A stretch of 64,000 nucleotides of DNA from Ginglymostoma cirratum (GCA_024137785.1 JAHRHZ010000002.1:9962358-10026357), one strand, 5' to 3'; shown: positions 22,783-37,700, numbered from the stretch's first letter. Translations and numbers: made by a program. The notes: generated from the letters alone by a model not told the origin.

Positions 22783-25700
22783 GTAGACAGGGTTCTGATG
22801 GACCGACTGTCTCTCTCTCTTTCTCTCTATTCCCAGGAATTTCCCTATTTCCTCCTTGAACATAGCGGCTGAGATGCCATTATCCTACAGTGGCAGACCA
22901 TTTCCCAAAGGATCACCACCTTTTGAGTGGAGAATCACTTTCTCATTTCTGTCTGACATGGCCGACCCCCCATTTGTTCTGATTGGCCTTGGAGAAGGGA
23001 AGAGAGAGGGAACCGAAGCCTGAGCCAGAGAGCACACAGATTCTCAGCACCGATCCTGACAGGAACTCCCTGTGTTTGAACACAATGGCCTCTTATTCTT
23101 TGGACAGCCCTATCATCACAGGAACCCAGCCTGCTGAGTTGCATCTTTTCTGAGGGACGTGCCTCCTTCCACAGAGACAGACACTGGTCAGATTGTCCCA
23201 GGACGTGTTTCTCATCAAAAACAGCTGCAGGAGAAATCTCTCACTGCCAGACCCCCAAGGCCCCTTGTCCTGAGAGCTAACAGATCACCGAACGTCCACC
23301 TCCCTCGGATCACTGACTCTGGGCAATGGGATGCCCTGGCAGCCCTTTTCCAAACCTTTACCCCGACCCTCCTCCATCACCTGCCCACCCTCTGGGGCTC
23401 ACCTCCGCTTTCGCTCTCTTCTCCGATGCCATCAGCTGGACTTTGTCTCTCTGCTCTTTTGGTGATGAGCGGTACATGTCCAACAGGAGTTTCATCTCCT
23501 TCTGACTCTCCTGTGCTCTCCTGCACACATGTGGGTGGGTGGGGGGGGAGGCGGTGCGGGGGTAGAAACAAACACAAAAAAAATCAGCACAGCGGTTAGG
23601 AGACTGACCTTGCAGTTCACAGGCCCTGAACTAAATCGGAGAGGCTGAAGTTCAAATCCTGGCCAGGCAGGTGCAATTTCACTATCAATTAAATTTAAGA
23701 AAGAAAGCACATCTGGACATTAGTAAAGATAAGGGTGCTGAGCTGTCTCTGGTTCACTCTGGACGAGTACTGCCGTAATCTACAAAGTCCGACAGCAATG
23801 CTGTTCACCCTTAACCACCCTCTGAAATGGAACTGGCCACTCACTTGCATCCGTAAGAGTTTCTCAATGCCTTATCAGTCATGCCCACATCCTACGGGTG
23901 AAGAGAAGTAAGTGGGAACAGGATAAGGAGGTGCTGCATATTCAGTGTTCAAAAACAGAGGCTTGATCATAAATTTACACCACACTGATTGTGAAGCATA
24001 CTGTGCTCTTCCAGACTCCGTATCCCCGAGTTATTCCACACTGGGAGCACCGTGCACAGTCCCTGTCTCCGCATCCCTGAGTTATTCCACACTGGGAGCA
24101 CCGTGCACATTCTGTCTCCGCATCCCCGAGTTATTCCACACTGGGAGCACCGTGCACATTCCCTGTCTCCGTATCCCGGAGTTATTCCACACTGGGAGCA
24201 CCGTGCACATCTCCTACACAGAACATACAGCCATCAACTTACTTCAGTTCCCCTCGGAGCTGTTTGACCATCTCTGCCTCCTTTTTCTTGGCGTCTTCAG
24301 GTTTGCTCCTCTCCCTCTCCTTCTCCGCCTTGTCCTTGTCCCGTTCTTTCTCAGCGTCCTTCTCCCGCCCCTTCTCCCTAGCCCTCTCTCTCTCCTTCTC
24401 GCGCCTCTCTCGCTCCCTCTCTTTCTCTTTCTCTTTCTCCTTCTCCTTCTCCTCTTCCTGCTGCTGCTTGCGTTGCTTAGCCGCTTCGGCCTCCTCTTTC
24501 TCCCTCTTGCTGCCGCTGTCCTCGGGCTCCTGCTTGACGTCTGGGCCTTCCTCCTTGACAAGCTCGGTCCCAGCCTGTGGCTGCGTCCCGCCGGATCCCC
24601 GCGACCGGACCTGGAACAAGAAACGGAGAAGTGGGGGACAGTGTACTTTCCCGGGGACCGTCAACCCGCACCATTCAACAACCCCCCAAGCCCCGCAGCT
24701 CGCTTACTCCCACTCGAGAGTCAGGAAAGGCCCAGGCTTGGACTGGGCCTGTGCTAACTTCACAGACAGACCTTCTGATGGGCTGCCAGAAGAGACTGAC
24801 CAGGATAGGTCCGGGATCAGGGACCTCATCCGAGATGGAGAGACTTTAGCAGCTGGAATCGCTGGGAGGTGATGGCCTCATTAATCCAGACTGTGGTCTG
24901 GGGACCCGGGTTCGAATCCCACCCCTGGCAGATATTGAAATTTGAATTCAACAAAAATATGGAACTAAGAATCCAATGACAACCACAAAACCGTTGTCGA
25001 TTAGTGGTTCACTAACGTTCCTTTAGGGAAGGTAACTGCCGTCCTTACCTGGTCCAGGCCCACAGAAATGTTCATAGAATCCCTACAGTGTGGAAACAGG
25101 CCCTTCGGCCCAACAAGTCCACACTTTCCCCTCCAAAGAGCAGCCCACCCCGACTCATTCCCCTACCCCTCCGTTTCCCCATGTCTAACCCACCTGGACA
25201 CTACGGGACATGGCCAATCCACCTTAACCTGCCCATCTTTGGACTGTGGGAGGAAACCGGAGGACCCGGAGGAACCCCACACAGACACAGGGGAGAATGT
25301 GCAAACTCCACACAGACGGTCACCCAAGGGTGGAATTGAACCTGGGTCCCTGGCGCTGTGAAGCAGCAGTGCTAACCCACTGAGCCACCATGCAGCCTGT
25401 ACTTGTTACTAATTTGATTTAGAGATGGGCAATAAATGCTGACCGAGCCAGCAACGCCCTCAATCCCGTGAATTAATCTTTTAGTAGATCATTGCCCCAG
25501 GGGACCAGGGAAGAGTTCAGGAGAAATGATTTGCACTGACGGAAATTCAGGGCAAATATAATTGACCAAACGAAGGTGGAAATGAAGGGAACAATTTTTT
25601 TTTATAAACAACACGCAGCGAGCTGTTTGTGATTTGGGACGCTGAAAAGACCACCGGCGATGGATGCAATTAAAAAAAAACACATTCCCAAGGGAACAGG

Positions 25701-28700
25701 ATGTGGATTCGAACAGGGTCCATTCAAAGGAGTTGCGAGTCGGGGCAGGCCGAGTCATACAGGAGGTCAAACCGCGTTGTTCCAAAAGGGGGCGGCAGAG
25801 GCTCGATGGGCCAAACGGCCTCAGTCTCAGTCTGCGCTGGGGTATTTGCCTGCCCCCCACCCGCCATTGCTCTCCCAGTCGCCGCTGCCATCTGACCCGC
25901 CACGGCCCAAACCACTCCGAGTGCCTTCACTCACCAGTCCCAGCTCGCTGTGGGTGTCCCAGACTTTCCTGCGCACCTTGGCCAGCTCGGTGTGGCTGTC
26001 TCGTAGTCGTCGTTTGTAACGCTGCACATCACCCTTCAGCTGGTGGTTGTGGTTCTGCAGGCTGCTGATCAGGTGACGCATCTCCCGGTTGATGGGCCCT
26101 GAACAGGACGAGGGGAGGGGTGTGGTGGTCAGAGATCCTGGACAGAGGAGAGTACCCCTCCCCCCACCCCTCGCAGCGTTGGATGAGCGGGAGCAAGAGC
26201 TTTGTCTCATGTAGTGAGAACAAATTGGAGGGAAAAGGATGAGATGGAGGAGATTGGGGCCAGTTGGGCTCAGAACCACATGAGACAAAGCTCTTGCTCC
26301 CTCTCATCCAACTGCCCCCTCTTCTCCGTTTTCTTTCCCCTCCTCCCTTACTCAAATTCCCCCCGCCCCCAATCCAGCACCCCCCACCTCATCCATGACC
26401 CCCCAAATCCTCACCACCTCACCCCCCCGTCTTCCCTCCACAATCCCCACCACCTCTTATACATCGTCCCTCCACCCACCCACTCACCCATCTTCTCTCT
26501 CCTTCTCCTTTCCTCCTCTCTCTCCCCATCCATCAGCCATCTCTCATCGCCCACTCTCTCCTCAGACTCTCCCCCAACTCGGTGCTGCCCCCACCCCGCT
26601 CACCGGCTTGCTCGTTGGCGGCGAGGGTCTGCTCAAATTCGATTCGCAGCATCTCGTACTCCTTCCGGACCTGGGCCAGCGTGTCCTCCAGCTGCATCAC
26701 CTCAGTGCGCAGCTTCTTCTGCAGGCCCACCTCATCACCCTGTGGACCAACACCGGCAACGGCGAGGACAACCGTTAACACAGGCCTTGCCCCACACACA
26801 GAGGGTGGGGGGACATGGGTTACACTGTGATCCTCATCCCCATCCCCGCCTCCTCTCACACACACACACGCACTGTCCCGTTCACCCCATTTCCCATTCC
26901 TCCCCCCCACCACAGGGTCACACTCACCAACCACGCCCCCGCACCCCCCCACCCCCATCCCCAGGTTGCACACGCTGCCCCATTCCGTCCCACTTTCACT
27001 GACCTTCACAGGGTGCCCACTCGGAGTGGGGTGGTGCGGGGGGGTTTGGTGGGGAGAAGGGGGGTCGGGGGGGCCCCATCGGAGTGGTTCTGGGGCCAGG
27101 GGAGGCACCATGCTCACCTCCATCTGCTCCACTTGCCGTTGGTGTGTGGTGCGGGTGGTGAAGAGCAGGCTGCGGGCATCGTCCATCTGGGCCTTGAGCT
27201 GCAGGCTCTCATTGTACAGCACAGAGAACTGGGACTGCAGGCAACGGAACTCCGGGGAATCTTTTACCATCTCATTGGCAAGAGACTTCAACTGATCCTG
27301 GGCACAGGGCACACAGGGAGGGGAGACATAGATTAATCCAAGTGTGACAGGGAGCAGGGGCGGGGGGAAGAGACAGACAGACGCGGTAAGGGAGGAGAAG
27401 AGAGAGAGACAGACAGACACACAGTAAAGGGGGGATAGAGAGAGTCAGAGCAAGGTGGGGAAGAGAGCGCACAAGCAAGAGAGAGAGTGAGCGCGAACGA
27501 GAGGGTGAGACAGCAAGCGCGAGCAAGAGCGATTCACTGTCAAACATCACATCTGCCAAAGTAGAGCATACGCAGGAATGGGAAAAGGCTACTTAGCCAC
27601 TTGAGCCTGTGCATAGGGACACAGAAAGGTCATTCTGCTCAGTGTGCCTGTTCCAGCTGTTCTCTACTGTCTGAGGGAGACGACAGGAGTAGGCGAGAAT
27701 GGGAAATGGATCAGGCAGATCTTGTACAGGCAGAATGGAGATGAAGGAGACAGAGGATTAGAAGGGACAGTGTGAACAGTGAAGACAGGAGCAGGCTGAT
27801 CAGTGGGAGCGGAGCTTTGGAGGGGGTGGGTGGGATGGAAAGGATTAGAACTTACCCTCAGCTTCTCGTTGTCACCAGTAACCATCTGGAGATCCTGGCG
27901 CATCTTCTCTAGCTCCGAGAGACGGTTCAACGCTAACTCCTTGTTCTCTTCCAGGTCACAATTCATTTCTTCAAACTACAGAGAACAAGCCGTACTAACA
28001 TTACCAAGAGGTGCTACCCCTCCGACAGCACGGCGCTCCTTCAGAGCTGACGCTGCGACACTGAAGGAAGGCTATTTTCCTACAGGAGGATGTAATGGTG
28101 ATTTTCAAGAGTGGTATTGGCCTGAGGAAGTTCAGGTTATATGGAGAGGTCAGGAAAGATGGAATTGTCCTGCTTAAAGTAGGACATTTGATCGAGATGT
28201 TCAAAACTGTAAAGGGTTTTGAGCAAGCCTATGAGGGGAAACTGCTTACAATGACCAAGGCTCAGAAACCACAGGATGCAAATTTAAATAACCACATAAA
28301 TTCAAGAGAAAGGGATACATTTTGATGCAGTGAGATGTGATTCAGTGACAACTTCCGGAACAGAATTGGATTAATACAAGGAAGGGAAATCTCTGCAAGT
28401 GGAGCATGGGTCTAACTGAATCAGTCTTTTAAAGAGCTAGCACTCGAATTGCAGGCTGAACAGCCTCCTGATGTGGTGGTGTATTTGGATGCGTTACTTG
28501 GAGGGAGCGTTCAGCTGCTAATATAATGTTGGCACGCCAATGGCAGTGAGCAATCAGTGTGCCAGTTCTGAGGGATAACACTTGATCCAGTGAGATTACC
28601 AAAATCTAAGGCGATCAGAAACACCGAATGCAGCCTTTACCCCAACCGCCTGGATACAGGACATGACCCAGCCCCTGTCCTCCCCACCTCACCGTCTCAC

Positions 28701-31700
28701 TGCGGCTCTGCGAAACAGTACCTTTCGCGCATTGATGGTCACAGTCCCACCGTACAGATTACTCGATCCGCCATAGACTTTGTAACCTTTTGATTTGACC
28801 TGGAGTAGCAGAGAGAAGGCCAAGTGTCAAACTCATCAAAACATTACAGCCAATATAGACACCTGGGACAGTTTGATGGGGACAGTGTAGATGAATCTTC
28901 ACTCTGTATCTAACCCTGTGCTGTCCCTGTCCTGGGAGTGTTTAACAGGGACAGTGTAGAGAGAGCTTTACTCTGTATCTAACCCCGTGTTATCACTGTC
29001 CTGAGAGTTTTTGACAGGGACAGGATTAAAGGAGCTTTACTCTGAGTTTAACCCCATGCTGTACCTGCCCTGGGAGTGTTTGATGAGGACAATGCAGAAG
29101 GAGGTTCACACTCTGTTGAATGCAAGGTGTATCTTTCCTGGGACAGCACATTGCTGACACTGAGTACGTAGTGCACCACTAACAGTCAGGATATTGGAGT
29201 GATTGTAAGGTGGTCAGCCAGGTGGAGCTCAGGAATATGGGGCTGTTAATCGGGTCCAATCAGGAAGCCCTGGCGGACAATAAAAAGGGCGTGTGTCAGA
29301 GATACTGACTCTGAATGAGGCAGCATTAGAGTCGAGGACAGCTCCCGTGTAAATACAGACCGACTTGGTGATGGATACTGGCCTCTGCTGAGTTATTTGA
29401 GATGTAACTCTGTTCCCTCTGAGTCCCTCCACATTCTCACCCGCTCGAGCACCTCCGCCAGATGCCTGTTGAGTCTCTGCTCCCGTTTGCGAATCTTGTC
29501 AGTGTCCCACTGCAGGTCCTCGATTGTGGTCTGCATGTCTGACAGGCGACTCTCTGCCTCCTCGAGCTTCCCCTGGAGCTCCGAGAACTGACGGGCAGGG
29601 ATGGTGAGACAGAGAGGGGGATAGGGGGATAGAGAGAGCGCGAGCACGTGAGGGTGTATGGAAGACCAAGGGAGGAGCAGCAAAGTGTGGATAGACGGGA
29701 TAGGGTCACAGAAAGAGTTAGTATGAGGGCAAGTCACACAAGAAAATGGGGAGAAAGGGGGTGAGCGAGAGAGGGAGTGAGAGAGAAAAGGGGGTGACAG
29801 AAAGACAGAGAGGGAAAGGGAGAGATAGGTGTGTGAGGATAAGAAAAGGGAGAGAGAATGATCACATATTTACTCATTGGCGCAAAACAGAGATGTTGAG
29901 AATACAAAATAAGATTTGAGAAAGGATTTCATTAGCACACAGGGGTCAAAATTGAGACTAATGGACCAATGGCGGCCCCTCATTTAATCTAGCTGGTCCG
30001 ACAACAAACCCCTCCCCAAAACCAGATTCCACCCCCTCTCGCCCACGCCCTTCTCCCGGGACATCCCCCCTGGGTCTTGCCTCTTGTGACATCTTGTGAT
30101 GTTTCTCCCGCAGGCAGTCTGTCAGCTCCAGGAGCCTCTGATTCTCCTTCGAGAGGAGCGCGTTCAGCTCCCTTAGGGTATCCTCCAGCCGGGGCGAACC
30201 TGGGACAGTCAGCAGTCACACAGTTAAACACAGCGATTAGGGGCAGCGTGGAAGATAGCAAACGCAAGTTTCTCAAAATGGGAGGCTGACAGAAAATAAA
30301 CGAAAAGAGACGAAACAGGAAACCAGAGGCCAGTCGGTCTAGCATAGTCTATCACGGGGATAGCACTGGGGTTGATGATCAAGGAGGCGACAGAAAATTT
30401 TCAATGAAATCAGGCAGCATCAACACTTTTTTTTCTCACCCCATTCATTCACAGAGGATGAGGGCATCACAGGCCAGGCAGCATTTATTGCCCATCTCTA
30501 ATTGCCCAGAGGGCGGTTCAGAGTCAACCACGTTGCTGTGGGTCTGGAGTCAGGATGGCGGTTTCCTTCCCTACAGGACATTAGTGAACCAGATGGGCTT
30601 TTCCCAACAATCGACTCACGGTCATCATTAGTCTCCTTGATCCCAGATTTGTGAAGGAGAAAATCACGTTTTGTGGATTTATTGGAATACTTGAGGCGGC
30701 GATAAGGTAAAAGGACAATCTGATGGATGCACCGTACTTTGAATCCCAGAATGCATTTGACAAGGTGGCACAGCAAAGGTTATTGAGGCAAATATTACCA
30801 CATAGTGGGTGGGGGAGGGGGGCAGAGGCAATGTATTAACCGGCCACATTCTCGTGTCCCAGACAATAGAAAGCACAGCAAGCACAAGTGATTATGTTTA
30901 GGTCGGCAACATGTGATAAGTGGAGATTTTTTTATTCACTCACAGGATGTAGGCATTGCTGGCTGGGCCCGCATTTATTGCTCAGCCTCGCTGCCCAGAG
31001 GGCGATAAAGAGTCAATCGGATTGCAGGCCAGACCAGGTAAGGATGGCAGTTTACTTGCCGACGGGACATGAGTGAAGAAGGTGGGTTTTTACAACAATC
31101 GGCAACGTATTCGCGGTCATCGTTAGACTCTGAATTCTAGATTCCAGCGCCAAGGCCTCAATGATTTAACATTTATTTTAGTGACCTGGTTGACGGTTTG
31201 TGGTCACTAAAAGGGAACATAGCGCAAAGGTAGATGGGAGAGTTAGCTGTGAAGAAGGTTTAAGGAAGCTACAAATACACACATAATACATAAAGCACGT
31301 GGAGAGACAATGCAGTATCGCTCAATTGTTACAGTGTAGAATGAGGCTGTTTGGCCCATTGTGTCTATGCTGACTCGTTAAATGAGCACCATTCCCTTGT
31401 GCCAATCTCCTACACTGACACACCATTTCTATTCAAATAACCAGCCAATGCGTCCCTTGAATGCCTCAATTGCACCTGCCTCCACCATTCTCCCAGGCCG
31501 TGCATTCCAGACCCTAACCCTTCGCTGACTGAAAAGCCTTGTTCTCACTTCTTTGGCAAAGCGCTTTAAATCTACGCGCTCTCGTTCTTTTACGAGTGGG
31601 AACAGCTTTACCCTATCTATCCAAACCAGCCCGCTCATGATTTTGAAATCTTCCACCTGACCTCCACTCAGGCTTCTTCTCTCCAAAGGAGAACAGTCCC

Positions 31701-34700
31701 AACCTCTTCAATCTATCCTCATCACTGCAGCGGGACCAATCTCGGAAACTGCTTCTGCACTCTCTCTCTTTCTCTCTTTAGTGTGTTCACAACCTTCCTG
31801 TAATGTGATGGCCAGACTGCACAAGAGCTGAGAGTCCCTGGTACAGGAATAATAAAAACGGCTGTATGCAGGTGCAACAAGTGATCAGGAAAGGGAAATA
31901 AATGTTTGTGGCACGGAGGGGCATCGCATATTGAAGTAAGGATATACTGCCTCAAGTCATTACTCAATTCACATCTGTCCAGTTTTGGTCTCCTTACCTC
32001 TGGAAGGATACGTTACACTAGAGGCTTGCTTGTTTGTTAATGTGATGCCATTCACTCCCTCCACCACTGAGTAGAATCTACTATCTATAAGATGCACGGC
32101 AGAAATTCATCAAAGATCCTTAGACAGCACTTTCCAAACCTACAACTACTTCCATCCAGAAGGACAAGGGCAGCAGGTACATGGAAATGCCACCACCTTC
32201 AAGTTCCCCTCCAAGACACTCACCACCCTGACTTGGAAATATATTGCCGTTCCTTCACAGTCGCTGGGTCCAAATCCTGGAATTCCTTCCCTTGCGGCAT
32301 TGTGGGTCAACCCACAGCAGGGGGGCTGCAGCGGTTCAAGAATGCACCTTCTCAAGGGGGGGGCAACTAGGGACAGGCAATAAATGCTGGGCCCAGCCAG
32401 AGACGCTCATATCCCACAAAAATGAATAAAAACAAAAGCAGCTCAGATAGGGGTTTTGCTCAACCCAATCCTAGGTTTCGGGGTATGGAAGGAAGGCGCA
32501 GTTATCCCATGAAGAAAGGTTAATCTTGTATTCATTGGGGTTTAGAAGAATCAGAGGCAATCTTACAGAAATATAAAAATCTTCCAGGAGAGGGTACAAG
32601 GAAGGGTAGACTGTTTAAATATATAGAAACTCTTACTTTGAGGACACAGATGAGGAGAAATTTGTTCTCTCACAGGGTTGTAGCTTTCAGATCTCACTTC
32701 CCTGGAGAGTGGTAGATGTGAAGTGATTAAATATTCTTAAGGCAGAAGTAGATAGCTCTTTAGAAGGTACAAGTAGTGGAAGACTTTTCCCCTCACACAC
32801 ATCAAAACTACAACGCAAGAAACAGAGTTGGAAAAGGGGATTCCAAATCACACAGAATGAAAAGACGGTCTTTTTTAATTAATCCATGAGACAATAGGGG
32901 TCATTGGCTGCACCAGCATTCACTGCCCATTCTTAATCACGCAGAGGGAAAGTGAGAATCAACCACATTGGCTGTGGGTCTGGAATCACACACGTAGGAC
33001 CAGGTAAGAATAGCGGTTTCCTTTCCTAAAGAATATTCGTGAACCAAATGGGATTTTCCAACAATCTGCAATGGATTCATCATCATCATTACCCTCTTAA
33101 TTCCAGATTTTTATTGAACTCAAATTCCATCATCTGCCATGGCGGGATTCGAACCCAGGTCCCCAGAATCTTATCCGGGTCTCTGGGTTAACAGTGCAGC
33201 GACAGGCCATCACCTCCCCTTATCGTTGCTTGGGCCACTGTTGCCACAAAGGTGCCAAAAGAGCAGTTGACTGTCGATCTTTGGTCTCCAGCCACACCAT
33301 TATACTCTGATTGGTCCATGCGTTGCCAAGGGAATGTGACCAATCAGGGAGTCCACTCGCCTCGCTGGGCGGTGACGATCGACAGTTAACTGCTTCCGCC
33401 CCACCCCCCCACCACCCCCTCCCCACACCCTGCATCGCTGTGGTAATGATGGCTCAACCAATCAGCAGATCTTCTCAAGCCGTATGAAATTTTTTCAACC
33501 CTGTCCCTCACCCATGCAGCTGACCCACTCGGCCAGCTGGTCGATCCTGAGCCGGAGCTTCTCGAAGACGTCGGCGGTGCCGGACATGGCCTGATGGGAA
33601 GACGTCACACGCTCCTGGAGCTGGAGCTCCATCTCCTCGCTGGTGCTGCTGGCCAACATGGCCAGGAACGGCAGCGCACTCTCACTCTGGCCCTCCCTGC
33701 ACGCTGTAGGGGGGAGAAAAAAAACAGCAAGGCAGCAGTCACCATCACACAGAAGTCTCACAGACCCCACCACAGCAACAACAATGCGCAGTTAGAGCGA
33801 ACGGGGCACGGAGTAAAACATTCCAAGGTCTTTCACATCAGCGCAAACTGCACAGGGAAAGTGAGTTGCAGACAAATAAGGAGACCTGCTCAGAAGTAAA
33901 GAGGTTTACTTTAAAGGAGCATCTTAAAAGAACAGAGAAAACAAGGGACGCAAACAGACCTTGCTGAAAAAGCTCAACGGGTGTGGCAGCATCTGTGAAG
34001 CAAAAGTCAGAGTTAACGTTTCGGATTTGGTGACCCTTCCCCTGACCTGGTGCTCTGAGGAAGGGCCACTGGACCCGAAACGTTAACTCTGATTTTTCTT
34101 CACAGACGCTGCCAGACCTGCTGAGCTTTTTCAGCAACTTCTGCTTTTGCTCCTGATTTACAGCATCCACAGTTCTTTTGGTTTTTATTTGACAGAACGA
34201 AGTGTGTTGAGATGGAGGACAAAAACAGGGATGGGGAGGCACAAGGAGGGGGAGAAGAGAGAAGTGGGGAGAGGGAGGGGCAGAGCGTGAGAGAGGGAGA
34301 GAGAGAGACAGACGAGGTACAAGTGAGCAAGGGAGAGTTAAAACGTGAGCTTGAGGGGAGTGGGGAACGGTGGAGGGACAGATGGAGCAAGAGAGACAGA
34401 CAGGCAGAGTGAGAGCACCAGTCAGTGCGATGGGGAGTATAATCAACAGAGAAGGAGGGGCTGTGGAGCGAGATAGAGAGTGAAAGAGATGGCGAGAGAG
34501 TGAGACACACAGACAGACACACACACACAGACATGGGGTGAAAACAAAACAGATCGAGAGAGAGAGAGACTGGAGGAATGGATATTGTGGGGGTGATTCC
34601 ATGGTTGCAGGTAAGTGAGGACACAGATGAGGGTTGACTTGCTGTGCTGAGGACAGGTCAGGATCCCTGGCCCACCGGGGCGGTTTACCTTTCTCTCTCT

Positions 34701-37700
34701 CCTCGCGGCGGTCCCGCTCCTGGTTACTGTCGGAATCAGGCTCTGGGTCAGACACCACCAACATCTTCTTCTCAGACAACACATCGCGGCTTTCCTGCTC
34801 CTGTTCCAGATCCCAACGCTGCAGGATAATCCGCACGTTCTCATCAAACTGTGGGAGCAAGACCCAGGCTCAGTAACACTGGCTGACCTTTCACCACCCG
34901 GGTCACACCCAGATCGACCCTCAGTGTTTACCTAACCCCGTGCTGTCCCTGTGCTGGGTGCGTTTGATTTCCATCGTGGTTAACAGAGAATACGTTTTGT
35001 GGTTTTTTTAAAAATAATTTCCTATAAACCTGTTCAGAAGTAGAACACAGAACATAGAACAGTACAGCACAGTACAGGCCCTTCGGCCCACGATGTTGTG
35101 CCAAACTTCTACTCTAAACCTAAGGTCTATCTAACCTCCACCCCTGCCTTATACTATCATCCACATTCCTATCTAATAGCCACTTAAAATGTTATTACAT
35201 ATCGCTGGAACAGTTGGGATTTGAACCTGGGCCTCCTGACTCAGAGGTTGGGACATTACCACTGCTGCTGGGTGTGTTTGATGGGGAATAGCGTATAGGA
35301 AGCTTAATGCTGTGCTGTCTCGGTGCTCTGAGCGTGTGAATGGGGACAGAGTAGAAGTAGCTTTACTCCATATCTAATGCTGTGCTGTTCCTGTCCTGCG
35401 AATTTGCGATGGGAACGGTGTGGACGCAGCTTTCTGCCATATCTAACACTGTGCTATCTATGTCCTGCGAGCAATGAATAGGGAAAACGTAGTTGGAGCT
35501 TTGTGTCTAGCCCTGGGAAGTCTGTGTTGAGACAGTAGAGGGAGGGCAGTGCCTAGGCTGTACCTGGCACCAGTAACGGTTCAGAATGAGAAGGGTGGCG
35601 TCATCTGTTGCTTGCCGTTTCACCAGCTTCTCGATCTGCTCCCTCAGCTCGTCCTCGATGGTCTGTCGCTGATCGATCACCTCGGCAAGCTTCCGGTTTT
35701 TGTTCTGGAGAGTCCGGATGTCGAGTTCCTCCTGGGGGTGGGAAAGAGGGAAAGGGGGTCAGGTACGGTCTATAAGCTTGCTGCTGACCTGAGTGCCTGG
35801 AGCCTATTCGGCAGCACAGCAGAGTGATATGGGCGCGACTACTTTGAGCACGCACAGACACACGTACATATACGCGCGCACACACATGTACATATACACA
35901 CACGTGTGCACACGCACAGACACACACACATATACGCACACAGAAAGAGCAGCAAGATGGGGACAAATGGGTAACTCAAGTTATTCAGTGATTTAAAAGA
36001 CGTGGGAGTCGAAAACAAAGTCACTACATAGAAACATACAATCCCTGCAGTGTGGGAGCAGCCCATTGAGTCCATGCTAACCTTCCAAAGAGATTCCCAC
36101 CCACACCTACCTTATCTCCTGTAACCCTGCATTTCCCACAGCTAACCCACCCAGCCTGCAAGTCCCTGGACACTGTGGGGCAATTTAGCATGGCCAATCC
36201 AACTAACCCGCACATCTTTGGGAGGAAACCGGAGCACCCGGAGGAAACCCACGCAGACACGGGGAGAATGCATAAACTCCACACAGACAGTTGCCTGGGG
36301 CTGGAATCGAACCGGTGTCCCTGGTGCTGTGAGGCAGCAGTGCTAACCACTGAGCCGCCCCGATTGCGTATGTGACGGAGGTGGTGAGCCACCCTCGGAG
36401 TCATATGGCACGGAAACAGACCATCTAGTCCAAGCTGACCAAGTTTCCCAAACCAAACGAGTCCCATTTGCCTGCATTTGGCCCATATCTCTCTATACCT
36501 TTCAAGTTCATGGATCTATCCAAATGTCTCTGAAATGTTGCACCTGTACCTGCATCTAACTCTTTCCCCGAGCAGATCATCTCGCACACGAACAACCCTC
36601 TCTGTGGAAAAACTGTCCCTCAGGTCCCCTCTAAATATTTCTCCTCAACTCAAAAATGTGCCCCCTCACCCCCACCAGTTCTGAACTCCTCCAAACCACC
36701 AAAAAGACCTTTGCTGGTGACTACCTTACCTATGGCCCTCGTGATTTTACAAACCTCTATAAAGATCACTTGTTAATGCTCCAGCAAAGACAAAATCCTA
36801 TCCAGCCTCTGACTAATACCCAGAACCTCCAGGCCTGGCAACGTCCTGGTAAATCTTCTATGAGCCCTCTCAAATTTAATTACCTCCTTCCTATAACAGG
36901 GCAAACGGAATTGAGGAAGGGTCGCTGGACCCGAAACGTTAACTCTGATTTTTTTTTCTCCACAGATGCTGCCAGACCAGCTGAGTTTTTCCAGCAACTT
37001 CTGTTTTTGCTCAAGAATTGAGGAAGATTTACTTTCAGGTTGAAAGTGCAGAGGGAGCTATACCCCATATCTAACATCATGCCGTACTTGTCCTGGGAGC
37101 AAGTGACTTTTAAGGCCAGTTCAGAAGGCAGGAATAGTTTAACCATGTAACTGAGAAACTGGGCTCCCGCGTAAAGAGGACTGACCTGGTAAAGAGGAGC
37201 AGGGTTTACCCTTTCAGCGACAGTAACGAACCAGAAAAGGTTAATACAATAATCCAGTTGCAGTAAGATAAAACTTTTATTCCCAAATTACTGAATTGAA
37301 TTTCAAATCCTTCAGGAGCCGGGGTGGGGACCAAGATTCTGCCACAGGGATCACTAACCTGAGCCTCTGGGTCACCTTAGGACGTCACCATATCTCATCC
37401 CTCATCGAGTACCAATGTCTGACCAGCCAACTCAGGCAGAATGGGCTTTTGAGCTTTAGTGACAGAAATTGCAAAGCTCAGAGATGCAGAAGGATCTTGG
37501 TGAGTTATTGCATTTTTGCAAAAAGGGTTAAATCTCAGATACACTATTAGGAAAGCTAATACCATATCATTTATCTCAAGGGGAAGTGAATACAAAAGTC
37601 AGCTGGTTATGCTTCAGTTTATACAGGGCACTGGTGAGACCAGATCTGGAGTTATGTCGCTCTAGTCCTGCCAGACAATAGGACTGGTCTTTCATTCAAA

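Noticed and set aside
33838-34860. 340-aa ORF
   Set aside because: Only the first ~54 codons are an RNF20 exon. The rest is read-through into CT-rich intron and a repeat.
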